A stretch of DNA of 64,000 nucleotides from Clostridia bacterium (GCA_017539905.1 JAFYBZ010000014.1:184312-248311); one strand, 5' to 3'. Counted from the stretch's first letter, positions 30,076 to 38,633 are shown. Program-made: numbers and translations. Notes: a model not told the origin generated them from the letters alone.

Positions 30076-30387
30076 TTAATCTTCTTCATTTAATTTTTCG
30101 TTTGGTCTACTAGCATCTGTTTGTTTTCTTTTATAAGCATTTACAAATTTTATAATGCAAAGAACCGCGAAAACAACTGCAAATATAATTATTCCTACAC
30201 CGAACACAACACTTTCTTTAAGCGTTGTAATACCAAACCAAACTACTAATCCAATAATCATTGCATATATTAAAATCACAGCGGTTAAAATTACATATCT
30301 TAATCCTTTTGGAATTTTCTTGTTTTGACTTGCCTCTATTCCATCTTCCAAAACTAAATCAATTAATAAATCTAAAATAAAATCCAT
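30076..30387 (-). CDS. small membrane protein
   Basis: Two hydrophobic helices. C-terminal KRKQTDASRPNEKLNEED. Confidence 0.5.
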   Translation of the reverse strand: MDFILDLLIDLVLEDGIEASQNKKIPKGLRYVILTAVILIYAMIIGLVVWFGITTLKESVVFGVGIIIFAVVFAVLCIIKFVNAYKRKQTDASRPNEKLNEED

Positions 30388-30391
30388 TTGT

Positions 30392-31114
30392 TTAATTCTC
30401 CTTTATTATAAAATCTACAATTGCTTCTGCAGTTTTATTCTGTTGTTCTTCTTTTGTAATAGTGGCTTGTCCATCACCTTTTTGTTCTCCATAATTTGCG
30501 ATACCAGAGTGATTACCACCTTCAATAATTATTTCAGTATAATCAGCTGGTAAATAATTTTTAGCATTTTCATATGCTTTCCAATCAAGCACTCCATCAT
30601 TTGATGTCACAATTGATAGAACTTTTAAATCATCATCAAGCTTAACATCAGCTCTAGATTCAACCAAAACAAGTCCATCAACTTTATCCATGTTTTCATA
30701 TGCATAATTTCCTGCAATCACTCCACCAAGTGAATGTCCGCCTACATATACTTGTTTATAATTATTCTTTTTAATAATATCGTCTGCACCATTTGCATTA
30801 AAAAGAGCAAGTCTAAATGGAAGCTTTACCAAATAGCAATCAATCCCGTTTTGAGCAATTAGATTCATTAATCTAGCATACGCTTTTTCTTCAACTTTTG
30901 CTCCAGGATAAAAAATTAATGCTACATCTTCTCTGCTTCCATCAAAAAAGAAGTATTCATTTTCTTCACTTATCTTTACTGCATCCGTGCTTTTCATATA
31001 ATCATTTGCAATGTCTTCTGCATCATACCTGTCTGCCAAAAGAATATACAAAGGTATAGCAAAAATAATAATTATAATTATTAGTATTAAAGAAATAATT
31101 AGAACTTTTTTCAT
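30392..31114 (-). CDS. alpha/beta hydrolase with N-terminal membrane anchor
   Basis: GGHSLGG nucleophile elbow. Start at MKKVLIISL after GGAG. The track start uses TTG. Confidence 0.7.
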   Translation of the reverse strand: MKKVLIISLILIIIIIIFAIPLYILLADRYDAEDIANDYMKSTDAVKISEENEYFFFDGSREDVALIFYPGAKVEEKAYARLMNLIAQNGIDCYLVKLPFRLALFNANGADDIIKKNNYKQVYVGGHSLGGVIAGNYAYENMDKVDGLVLVESRADVKLDDDLKVLSIVTSNDGVLDWKAYENAKNYLPADYTEIIIEGGNHSGIANYGEQKGDGQATITKEEQQNKTAEAIVDFIIKEN

Positions 31115-31171
31115 CCTAATCTCCAATCATGTGTTTTTCATTATTATACATTAAAAAAATATACAAAAAAA

Positions 31172-31194
31172 GGGACAACTATAAAAGTTGTCCC
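31172..31194. terminator. terminator hairpin GGGACAACT-ataaa-AGTTGTCCC (minus-strand U-run follows)
   Basis: 9-bp stem. Note the same GGGACA/TGTCCC ends as the REP core. Confidence 0.5.
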
Positions 31195-31213
31195 TATGTG
31201 TTAAACCATAGAA

Positions 31214-32788
31214 TTAATCTTCAGTTGAGTCATCATTTTCAGGTTCATCAGGTTTATCTGTTTTTTCAGAATCACTAGAATCATTGCTGCTCTGAGCATC
31301 AACCAACCCCTTAAGAGCACCCAAGTTCTTTCCAGTGAAATAACCGGCAAGAAGCTGAACGATATTGAGTCCAGTGCTTTCCTCAATGCCACTCAAGACC
31401 TGTGTGGTATTAGTAAGCATTTCTTTGACAAGCTTAGTAGAATTTCCATCGCCGTACATAGTAATCTTGTCGACATTTGAAAGCGGTGCAGAAACAGCTT
31501 TGGCAACTTCAGGAAGTGCCGCAAATGCCATTTCAAGCACAGCAGCCTGGCCGTACTTCTGCATAGCGATAGCTTTCTTGTCGATTGCTTCCGCTTCTGC
31601 CTTACCTTTTGCTTCGATGGCTTCTGCTTCAGCAAGACCGATTGCGCGAATACCTTCTGCTTCCTTCTGCTGCTGAACAAGACGCGCTTCAGCTTCAATC
31701 CGCAGGGCTTCCGCGGCCATCTGCTTTTCATACTTTTCAGCTTCAGCCTGCTTCTGCCGGCGTACAAGATCCGCTTCAGCTTCTTTTTCAGCCTTGAATC
31801 TCGCTGCTTCCGCTTCAGTCTGGACCTTAAACTTCTGAGCCTCAGCAACTTTCTTGATATCAGCTTCCAGAGTACGTTCCTTAAGAGCTACCTGGCGTTC
31901 TGCAAGGTCTGCTTCGCGTTCGCGGCGAGCAATATCTGCATTAACAGTGGTAACTTCGACGTCTCTTCTCTGCATCTGCTCCTGGATTTTATAAGCAGCA
32001 TCTGCTTCTGCCTGCTTGATATCAGAAACCTTCTTGAGTTCAGCCTGACGAATACGAAGTTCGTTTTCGCGTTCAGCAATATTTGTTTCAGAAGCAACTT
32101 CAGCGTTTCTTGCTGCTTCCTGAGCCAGCGCCTGAGCTTTTCTGACTTCCTTTTCGGAATCAGCTCTGGCGATAGCGGCCTGCTGCTTGACCTGAACTTC
32201 GTTTTCAGTACCCAGGGCATCGATTACTCCCTTTTCGTCCTTGAAGTTCTGCACGTTGAATGTCAGAAGTTCAATACCCATGCGGCGAAGGTCAGGAATG
32301 GCATTTTCGCGAACCTTTTCTGCAAAGGCTTTACGGTCATTAACCATTTCCTTGATACCCATCTGGCCGATAATTTCACGTGCGTTACCTTCAAGAACAG
32401 GTGTAACCATCTGAATGCAGTAGTTAGCACTCTGGTTCAGGAAGTTCTTCGCTGCAAGGTCCATGAGGTCATACTTCACGCCATCAATTTCGGTTTCGCC
32501 ACGTGCAACCTGCATTGTAACGACACCATCAATAGTAACATTGATAAATTCTTTTGTCGGAACAGGTACTTGTGTTTTGACATCAACAGAAATGATAGAA
32601 AGCTGTAATTTGTCGATTCTTTCAAGGAAAGGAATTCTTATGCCGGCTTTACCAATAAGTACTTTCCGTCTTTTAAAACCAGTAATGATGTACGCAGTAT
32701 CCGGTGGAGCTTTTACGTAGCTGAGGCTGATGAAAACGATAAATAGTACGACAACCAACGCAATGCCACCGATCAGGAAAAAGTTCAT
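31214..32788 (-). CDS. flotillin-like SPFH-domain protein
   Basis: N-terminal transmembrane segment plus SPFH domain. Long Ala/Glu/Lys/Arg-rich coiled coil. Gene GC about 45-48 % versus about 28 % for the flanks. Confidence 0.8.
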   Translation of the reverse strand: MNFFLIGGIALVVVLFIVFISLSYVKAPPDTAYIITGFKRRKVLIGKAGIRIPFLERIDKLQLSIISVDVKTQVPVPTKEFINVTIDGVVTMQVARGETEIDGVKYDLMDLAAKNFLNQSANYCIQMVTPVLEGNAREIIGQMGIKEMVNDRKAFAEKVRENAIPDLRRMGIELLTFNVQNFKDEKGVIDALGTENEVQVKQQAAIARADSEKEVRKAQALAQEAARNAEVASETNIAERENELRIRQAELKKVSDIKQAEADAAYKIQEQMQRRDVEVTTVNADIARREREADLAERQVALKERTLEADIKKVAEAQKFKVQTEAEAARFKAEKEAEADLVRRQKQAEAEKYEKQMAAEALRIEAEARLVQQQKEAEGIRAIGLAEAEAIEAKGKAEAEAIDKKAIAMQKYGQAAVLEMAFAALPEVAKAVSAPLSNVDKITMYGDGNSTKLVKEMLTNTTQVLSGIEESTGLNIVQLLAGYFTGKNLGALKGLVDAQSSNDSSDSEKTDKPDEPENDDSTED

Positions 32789-32942
32789 AGTTTAGCCCTC
32801 CTACAATAAATTATTAGGCCTTCAATGAAGACCGAACTGTAGCTTAGTCATTTTCCCTTCTTGATTGGAAAGGGGGATTTCAGGTATGTATTGCGTTGCG
32901 ATTATAGCACGGCATTATGTAAATTGCAATATGAAAAATATA

Positions 32943-32972
32943 AAAAAGCTCGGCAATTTCTGCCGGGCTTTT
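32943..32972. terminator. GC-rich terminator hairpin (AGCTCGGCA-atttc-TGCCGGGCT) for the minus-strand pit operon
   Basis: Stem plus U-run on the minus strand. Confidence 0.45.
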
Positions 32973-32986
32973 ACTCTATCTCCAGT

Positions 32987-33054
32987 GTGCTTTTTTGGGA
33001 CACTTACAAAAAGTCACCATTTTATGACTTTTTGTAAGTGTCCCAAAAAGTCAC
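32987..33054. repeat. REPIN-like inverted doublet copy 12: GTGCTTTTTTGGGACACTTACAAAAAGTCAC / GACTTTTTGTAAGTGTCCCAAAAAGTCAC
   Basis: Two REP units in inverted orientation around an 8-nt centre. Overlaps the stop codon of the 33051 gene. Confidence 0.7.
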
Positions 33055-33671
33055 GCGTTTTTCATGAAAGCTGCATCTACATACTCCGCTACATGTTCAA
33101 CAGAGTCAAAGCAATCTTCTAATTTATTATAAATAGCTGTCCACCTAATTACTTCAACAGCATCCGTTTCATTAGTGTACAAATCTCTAAGCGATTCTTG
33201 ATAAAGTTTATCGCCTTGCTCCTCCATTCCATTTAAAGCAACACATATTTTTTGTACCTCATCATAATTTTTCATATCTTTAAATGCAACTAGCAACTCA
33301 CTCATTTTATTCGTAGCAACTTCCATAAGATCAACATACTTTCCAATGTTTGGTCTCATTTCTTTTATTGCCAAAATATCAAAGTCGATCATTACCTCAT
33401 CAATGTTATCTACAACATCATCTAGCCTTCTCGTAAGAGTAATGATATCCTCTCTTTCAATTGGTGGAACAAAATCTTTTATTAAATAATTTAAAATTTT
33501 GTGTTGTGTTTTATCTGCCTCACGCTCTTTTTCATGAACTTTCTTTTCTTGCTCGCGAGATTCATCGTATGTATATGATTCAACAAGTTTTCTAAAAGTT
33601 TTTGAAATATCTATCGCACATTTTGACATGTTTATAAATTCATCATAATAGTTTAATTCTTCTTTTTTCAT
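33051..33671 (-). CDS. DUF47-family (PhoU-like) phosphate transport accessory protein
   Basis: 206 aa helical protein directly downstream of the PiT transporter gene, which is the classic pairing. Confidence 0.7.
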   Translation of the reverse strand: MKKEELNYYDEFINMSKCAIDISKTFRKLVESYTYDESREQEKKVHEKEREADKTQHKILNYLIKDFVPPIEREDIITLTRRLDDVVDNIDEVMIDFDILAIKEMRPNIGKYVDLMEVATNKMSELLVAFKDMKNYDEVQKICVALNGMEEQGDKLYQESLRDLYTNETDAVEVIRWTAIYNKLEDCFDSVEHVAEYVDAAFMKNA

Positions 33672-33686
33672 TTTGCATCCTCCAAT

Positions 33687-34736
33687 CTAACCAGCTATTT
33701 TTAGTAAAACTATCGTTAATAAATATCCTAAAAATCCGCATCCTGGAAAAACTAAAAACCACGAAACAATCAAATTCTTTACGATTTTCCAATTTACATT
33801 AGACAATCTTTTTGCAGCGCCAACACCCATGATTGCAGTTGTTTTTGTATGTGTTGTACTTACTGGCATACCAAAAACACTTGATAATAGCAAGCACGAT
33901 GCTCCAGCTAAGTCAGCACACATTCCTTCATAAGGTTCTATTTTTACCATTTTAATTCCAACTGTTTTTATAATTTTATAACCGCCGATTGAAACTCCGA
34001 TTCCCATAGTTAGGCTACAAAGTATAATTAACCAAACTGGAATTACCATCTCCCCTTGATTTCCACCAAGAGCAGCAAACGAAATTGCTAATAAAAATAT
34101 TCCCATGAATTTTTGTCCATCTTGTGCACCATGCATGAATGCCATAAATGCACCACTTAAAACTTGTCCTTTTTTAAAAACTTTATTTGCTTTTAATCTA
34201 TTAACTTTTTTAAATGTTACTTTAATAATTTTTGCTATTACAAATCCTAATAAAAATCCAATTACTAAAGATAAAAGTAATCCATAAATAACTTTTTTCC
34301 ATTCATCAATATTTACACCAGAGAATCCGTGATTAATTGCTATAGCTGCACCAGTGATTCCTGCAATCAACGCATGACTTTCTGATGATGGGATTCCAAA
34401 TTTTGTAGCTAAGACTGCCCACAAAATTGCACCTACTATTCCTGCGCTCAATGCAATCAATGCATAAGTTTTATTATCTCCGTAGTCCACTAAATTTGAC
34501 ATTGTAGATACGACATTCGAACTAATAAAACTCATTATTAAAACACCAGCGGCATCAAATATAGCTGCCATAATAATAGCATTTCGCGGCTTGATAGTTC
34601 TTGTAGAAACGCAAGTAGCTATTGCATTTGGTGCATCAGTCATACCATTTACAAGCATTAATCCAAGAACTAATAATGAAATGATAAGCAATATTGGATT
34701 ACTTAACACATTATTAAAATACTCTAAAATTGTCAT
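33687..34736 (-). CDS. pitA: inorganic phosphate transporter, PiT family
   Basis: MTILEYFNN...GMTDAPNAIATCVSTR and the duplicated GANDGQK-type motif (MAFMHGAQDGQKFMG). Start after GGGAGAG. The track's N-terminal 45 aa are repeat translation. Confidence 0.8.
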   Translation of the reverse strand: MTILEYFNNVLSNPILLIISLLVLGLMLVNGMTDAPNAIATCVSTRTIKPRNAIIMAAIFDAAGVLIMSFISSNVVSTMSNLVDYGDNKTYALIALSAGIVGAILWAVLATKFGIPSSESHALIAGITGAAIAINHGFSGVNIDEWKKVIYGLLLSLVIGFLLGFVIAKIIKVTFKKVNRLKANKVFKKGQVLSGAFMAFMHGAQDGQKFMGIFLLAISFAALGGNQGEMVIPVWLIILCSLTMGIGVSIGGYKIIKTVGIKMVKIEPYEGMCADLAGASCLLLSSVFGMPVSTTHTKTTAIMGVGAAKRLSNVNWKIVKNLIVSWFLVFPGCGFLGYLLTIVLLKIAG

Positions 34737-34759
34737 TCGTCTCTCCCACTTTTTTCCTT

Positions 34760-34825
34760 GGAATTTGGGGACACTTACTTTTTTCCAACTTTTTTGGTTT
34801 TTTTGGAAGTGTCCCAAAAAAGCAC
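34760..34825. repeat. REPIN-like element copy 13 (GGGGACACTTAC-TTTTTTCCAACTTTTTTGG-TTTTTTTGGAAGTGTCCCAAAAAAGCAC) in the pit leader
   Basis: Inverted REP arms GGGACACTTAC / GGAAGTGTCCC around a CCAAC spacer. Confidence 0.7.
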
Positions 34826-35114
34826 ATTCATTAACTTCTATTATACCAATCAAAATTTTTCTCTTCAACAAAGCATTTTTTGATGATTTCCTTTATAAGC
34901 ACAACTAATGTATAGTATTATGATTAATTATTTTACATTATGTTAAATTCATAGTATAATAAAATTGTACAAAGGTACAATAAAAATCAACATTTCGGAA
35001 TCAGACACATTCGATTAATCTCATATTACTAAAAAATATGAGTAGAGCATTTGTTAATTGAAATCGTGTATGGTCGCTGAGAAATGTTGTGCAAGAAAGG
35101 AAAGCATTTTTCTA

Positions 35115-35309
35115 ATGAGTATGATCCCCTTCCTCATGGCTAAGGCTGCTTACGATAAGCGGCATGGTAAATCACATAGTGCTGCTGGCGATGCTTTAGA
35201 CAACACCGGAACGGTTATCGCCATGATCTTTATTGCCATTATTCCTCTGTGTATTGTTGGCGGCATTATTGAACTAATCCTTATGCTTTGCGGCGTTATT
35301 ACCCCGTAA
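35115..35309 (+). CDS. small membrane protein (64 aa) at the start of the GC-rich block
   Basis: MSMIPFLMAKAAYDKRHGKSHSAAGDALDNTGTVIAMIFIAIIPLCIVGG. Terminator hairpin at 35323-35352. Confidence 0.35.
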   Translation: MSMIPFLMAKAAYDKRHGKSHSAAGDALDNTGTVIAMIFIAIIPLCIVGGIIELILMLCGVITP

Positions 35310-35361
35310 AGTAGGAAAAAAAGCAAGGTGAGCTCTACACCTTGCCTTTTTTTGTTTGGAC

Positions 35362-35476
35362 TTGAGTTGGCTTTTTGGGACAATTCTATTTTTCCAACTT
35401 TTTTTGCTTTTTTGTAATTGTCCCCAAATTCCAGAAAAAGTTGGAAAAATAGCAGTGTCCCAAAAAGCCAACTCAA
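35362..35476. repeat. MITE-like compound REP element copy 14 with perfect 21-bp terminal inverted repeats (TTGAGTTGGCTTTTTGGGACA ... TGTCCCAAAAAGCCAACTCAA)
   Basis: Terminal inverted repeats at 35362-35382 and 35456-35476. The interior has two more GGGACA/TGTCCCC units and CCAAC/GTTGG modules. Confidence 0.7.
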
Positions 35477-35586
35477 TTCTAAATAATTATGTTTACCTGT
35501 TGAATTTTTCCGTATTTGGTGGTATAATTCTCGCGAAAAATAGATTTTGCACTGGTCTCTCGATTAACTAATAGGGGGTAATTCAA

Positions 35587-36909
35587 ATGAAACTGTCTCG
35601 TTTTTCCAAAATCAAACTTGTTAAGCCCGATGTTTATGCTGTGTTCAATACTCTCATGATGAAGGTGCTTTTCCTTTCGGATGAAGAAAAAACTGCTCTT
35701 GAAAATCTGGATTTTTCACCTGATGACAAGAAAACCTATCTGGAATGCGGAATCATCGTCGATGATGATCAGAAGGATGACCTGGCCCTGGGTAGCGTGA
35801 TGCGTGAATTCGAAGCCATGGAAAAAGAAATCGCGGTCTTGTACCTCATTCTTTCCAGTGGCTGCAATCTCGCCTGCCGCTACTGCTTCATTGAAAACAG
35901 CATGTACAACAACAAGTGCGAACTCAACATGTCGCTTGATGTTGTGGATGCCGCTGTCAATAAGTACTGCGACTATGTGAAGGCCAAGAAAATTGACAAG
36001 CCTCTCATCCTCTTCTACGGCGGTGAACCGCTTCTCAACTGGGCCGCTATCGAGCGGACTATGTCCATCGTAAAATCCAAAGGCGTCTACATGGAATATT
36101 CTATCGTGACGAATGCTACTCTGCTCGATGAAGACAAAGTGAAATTCCTTGCGGAGCACGAAGTCGAAATCGGTATTTCTATCGATGGCCCCAAGGACCT
36201 GAACGACAAGAACCGGATTTATCGCAACTCGTCCAGCAGCGTGTACGACAAGGTGACTGAAAAGATTCAGCTGCTTAAAAAGTACAACGCGAAGTTCGGC
36301 TTGTCGATTACCGTTTCTCAGGATCTTCTGGACCACAAGGCCGAATTCTTCGAGTGGATCAAGCAGTACGGAGTGAAGGACATCTTCTACAACCTGTACC
36401 ATTTCACCGACAAGGCGGAATGGGAAGACTACTACAAGCAGGCGTGCCAATTCTTGTTTGAATCGCATGAGATTCTCTCAGGGCTTGGCATTCACGACGG
36501 AAGGCTTCAGAGAAAACTTGATAGTTTCTTCGATGGGTCTTTCAAATTTGCCGACTGTGCATCTATCGGTGCCAACCAGCTGACCATCAAACCGAATGGC
36601 GATATGTGCGTGTGTCAGGGCTATCACAAATCTGACCAGTATGTTATCGGAAACATTCGTGATGTTGATCTGGAAAAACTTCAGGACACCGATGAATTCT
36701 CTTTCTGGGTAAGTCGTGCACCACTCAAGAATCCCAAGTGTCTCGATTGTGAAGCACTTTTTATCTGCGGTGGTGGTTGTGCGATGCAAGCCGAAGCGCT
36801 TTTTGGAAATCGTGCAGAACTCGATATTCCTTTCTGCCAGCATTCCAAGAGTGCTCTCGAATGGTTGCTTCTTAGGAGCTACGAGTTGGCTCTTGAGGAT
36901 AAAAATTGA
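35587..36909 (+). CDS. radical SAM / SPASM-domain peptide-modifying maturase
   Basis: Cx3Cx2C radical-SAM cluster motif CNLACRYC. GGEPLL. C-terminal SPASM signature CLDCEALFICGGGC (Cx2Cx5Cx3C). About 44 % GC. Confidence 0.85.
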   Translation: MKLSRFSKIKLVKPDVYAVFNTLMMKVLFLSDEEKTALENLDFSPDDKKTYLECGIIVDDDQKDDLALGSVMREFEAMEKEIAVLYLILSSGCNLACRYCFIENSMYNNKCELNMSLDVVDAAVNKYCDYVKAKKIDKPLILFYGGEPLLNWAAIERTMSIVKSKGVYMEYSIVTNATLLDEDKVKFLAEHEVEIGISIDGPKDLNDKNRIYRNSSSSVYDKVTEKIQLLKKYNAKFGLSITVSQDLLDHKAEFFEWIKQYGVKDIFYNLYHFTDKAEWEDYYKQACQFLFESHEILSGLGIHDGRLQRKLDSFFDGSFKFADCASIGANQLTIKPNGDMCVCQGYHKSDQYVIGNIRDVDLEKLQDTDEFSFWVSRAPLKNPKCLDCEALFICGGGCAMQAEALFGNRAELDIPFCQHSKSALEWLLLRSYELALEDKN

Positions 36910-36925
36910 AAGGAGGATTTCGCCC

Positions 36926-37111
36926 ATGCGGAAGCTTGACAAGAAAAAGGTGGCCGTGCAGCTGAATAGCTCCCCCACCGCCGGAATGTCTGTCTGCAAC
37001 TCTTGCGCCAAATGTGGCGGCTGCGGAAGTCGCTGCGTGTCCACTTGCAAGGGATGCCATGACAAGGACGTGAAGGTACAGAGCGTCGAGGAAGTTTACT
37101 CCAGCGAGTAA
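36926..37111 (+). CDS. Cys-rich precursor peptide (61 aa; 7 Cys in 21 residues), probable substrate of the rSAM maturase (ranthipeptide/SCIFF-like)
   Basis: GAAAGGAGG RBS then MRKLDKKKVAVQLNSSPTAGMSVCNSCAKCGGCGSRCVSTCKGCHDKDVKVQSVEEVYSSE. Starts 17 nt after the maturase stop. Confidence 0.6.
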   Translation: MRKLDKKKVAVQLNSSPTAGMSVCNSCAKCGGCGSRCVSTCKGCHDKDVKVQSVEEVYSSE

Positions 37112-37123
37112 AGGGAAAAAGCG

Positions 37124-37148
37124 ATGGCCGGGATTCTTTCCCGGCCAT
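37124..37148 (+). terminator. perfect GC-rich hairpin ATGGCCGGGA-ttctt-TCCCGGCCAT immediately after the precursor gene (partial terminator or attenuator)
   Basis: 10-bp perfect stem. A weak T-tract follows. Confidence 0.45.
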
Positions 37149-37168
37149 TGTATTATGGAGGTAGATTC

Positions 37169-37402
37169 ATGGAGAAAAGTACGATGACTCGCATCTGTCC
37201 AACGTGTAAGCAACTCTTTTACTACACCGAAGACAAAGTCACTCGCACAAAAGTGAATAAATGCTATCCTTTTATGAATCTTGTTCACGTTTACGAAGTC
37301 GAGTATCTTGAGTGTCCTAATTGTAAAACAACTTTCGAACTTCGGCGTGCGTTGATCGAAGCGCAAAAAAATGGCAAGCCACTTCACCCACCGATTCACT
37401 AA
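37169..37402 (+). CDS. YgiT/MqsA-N-type zinc-finger small protein (family member D)
   Basis: GGAGG RBS. CPTCKQLFYYTEDK...YPF..LVHVY..EYLECPNCKTTFELRR. Strongly similar to members B and C. Confidence 0.55.
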   Translation: MEKSTMTRICPTCKQLFYYTEDKVTRTKVNKCYPFMNLVHVYEVEYLECPNCKTTFELRRALIEAQKNGKPLHPPIH

Positions 37403-37423
37403 ATAATTTCTCAACGATTCGCG

Positions 37424-37458
37424 AAAAAAAGACAAGGATTTTTCTCCTTGTCTTTTTT
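37424..37458 (+). terminator. rho-independent terminator GACAAGGA-tttttc-TCCTTGTC followed by TTTTTT
   Basis: Read directly. Confidence 0.5.
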
Positions 37459-37459
37459 A

Positions 37460-37492
37460 GTGCTTTTTTGGGACACTTACAAAAAGTCTCAC
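37460..37492. repeat. REP-like copy 15 (GTGCTTTTTTGGGACACTTACAAAAAGTCTCAC)
   Basis: Identical, apart from one extra G, to copy 16. Direct orientation. Confidence 0.7.
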
Positions 37493-38559
37493 TTCAAAAG
37501 CTTTGCCACTCTCTCCGGAATACTCCTTGGCGCTCTTATAAAACTACATCCATGCTCTTTTAAAAAGCTATATGGATATTCGTTGTTTTTATATTTTTTA
37601 ATCAGCTTTAATTCCATGTCTCTTGCTGAATATATTTTTAAATTTGTTTTTATAATTTCGCATTTATATAAAATTTGTGAATATGGTGCACCAACATAAA
37701 TATAAACAAGATCCCCCACTTTTGCTTCTTTAGGCTGCTTATGCCACACAAAAGTTTTATTATTATCAACGTAACTTACCACATCAAACACATTTATATT
37801 CGACGGAATAATAAACGCACCCGACTTAACTGTCATTTGATAACTATCATCTAAAAGTCTGTATGTATCTTTTAGTTTTGTATTTTTATCGAGAATAATT
37901 GTTATCCAGCTTTCTTTATTCATGTGATAACCAGGAAAAACATTTTGATAATCAATTACCTCTTTTGATTTTTCTTTATCTATATGCAAGTCCAAAACTT
38001 CGATATAATCATCATCCGAAAAATCTTTTATATTTAAAAGTGGATGATCAGAAATCACGCCATCTATTTTCATTCTTTTTAATGTAGATGTGACAAAACT
38101 TTTTTCTCTAACTTTCATGATAACGCCATACCATTTTTTGTTGTCTTGATTTCTAAATACAGCGCCATCGTAATCATCCCACAAAAATTCTAATTCACCA
38201 TCAAATTTTTCTTTTACATATGAAATGATTTTCTTTGCGGATGGCGATTTAAAAGTATCTAAATACGTGCATTTTTCAACGAACTTTTCTAACACTTCTT
38301 CGTATTCTTCTTTAATGCTACCAACAAATTGTCCACTCGATTCTTCAACATCTACGAGAGCATATTCTGATTCATCAAAATTGTCTAGCACTTTTGAAAT
38401 CGCTTTTTTCTTATCGACTTCAATAACAACTTTAAACTCTCCATCTTTTATATCTTTGATGTAAGTATATTTATCTTTATTTTTCTTAAAGCCAAACTTA
38501 GTAAGTTTGGCTTCATCAATTGATCGACTTTTCAAATACGCCTTATACAAATCTCTCAT
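37489..38559 (-). CDS. hypothetical protein with MmcQ/YjbR-like segment (PGYHMNKESW) and C-terminal EVE/PUA-like region
   Basis: 356 aa ORF. AGGAG RBS. The family assignment is weak. Confidence 0.45.
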   Translation of the reverse strand: MRDLYKAYLKSRSIDEAKLTKFGFKKNKDKYTYIKDIKDGEFKVVIEVDKKKAISKVLDNFDESEYALVDVEESSGQFVGSIKEEYEEVLEKFVEKCTYLDTFKSPSAKKIISYVKEKFDGELEFLWDDYDGAVFRNQDNKKWYGVIMKVREKSFVTSTLKRMKIDGVISDHPLLNIKDFSDDDYIEVLDLHIDKEKSKEVIDYQNVFPGYHMNKESWITIILDKNTKLKDTYRLLDDSYQMTVKSGAFIIPSNINVFDVVSYVDNNKTFVWHKQPKEAKVGDLVYIYVGAPYSQILYKCEIIKTNLKIYSARDMELKLIKKYKNNEYPYSFLKEHGCSFIRAPRSIPERVAKLLK

Positions 38560-38600
38560 TTAATTCTCCTATAAATAAAATCTTCCGCTGTTAACGTGTT

Positions 38601-38633
38601 GTGCTTTTTGGGGACACTTACAAAAAGTCTCAC
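38601..38633. repeat. REP-like copy 16 (GTGCTTTTTGGGGACACTTACAAAAAGTCTCAC)
   Basis: Direct repeat of copy 15. Together they bracket the single gene 37489..38559. Confidence 0.7.

Noticed and set aside
31201-32220. Multiple long ORFs on both strands inside the flotillin gene (31393..31848, 31888..32220, 31365..31676, 31585..31797, 31201..31392)
   Set aside because: These are artefacts of the GC-rich, Ala/Glu/Lys-repeat coding sequence. There are no RBSs, and the real frame carries a clear SPFH/flotillin domain.
35716-37435. Minus-strand ORFs 35716..36468, 36478..37065, 36872..37435 and 36879..37148 overlapping the rSAM and peptide genes
   Set aside because: Same GC-rich artefact. The plus-strand frame has the Cx3Cx2C and SPASM motifs and proper RBSs.
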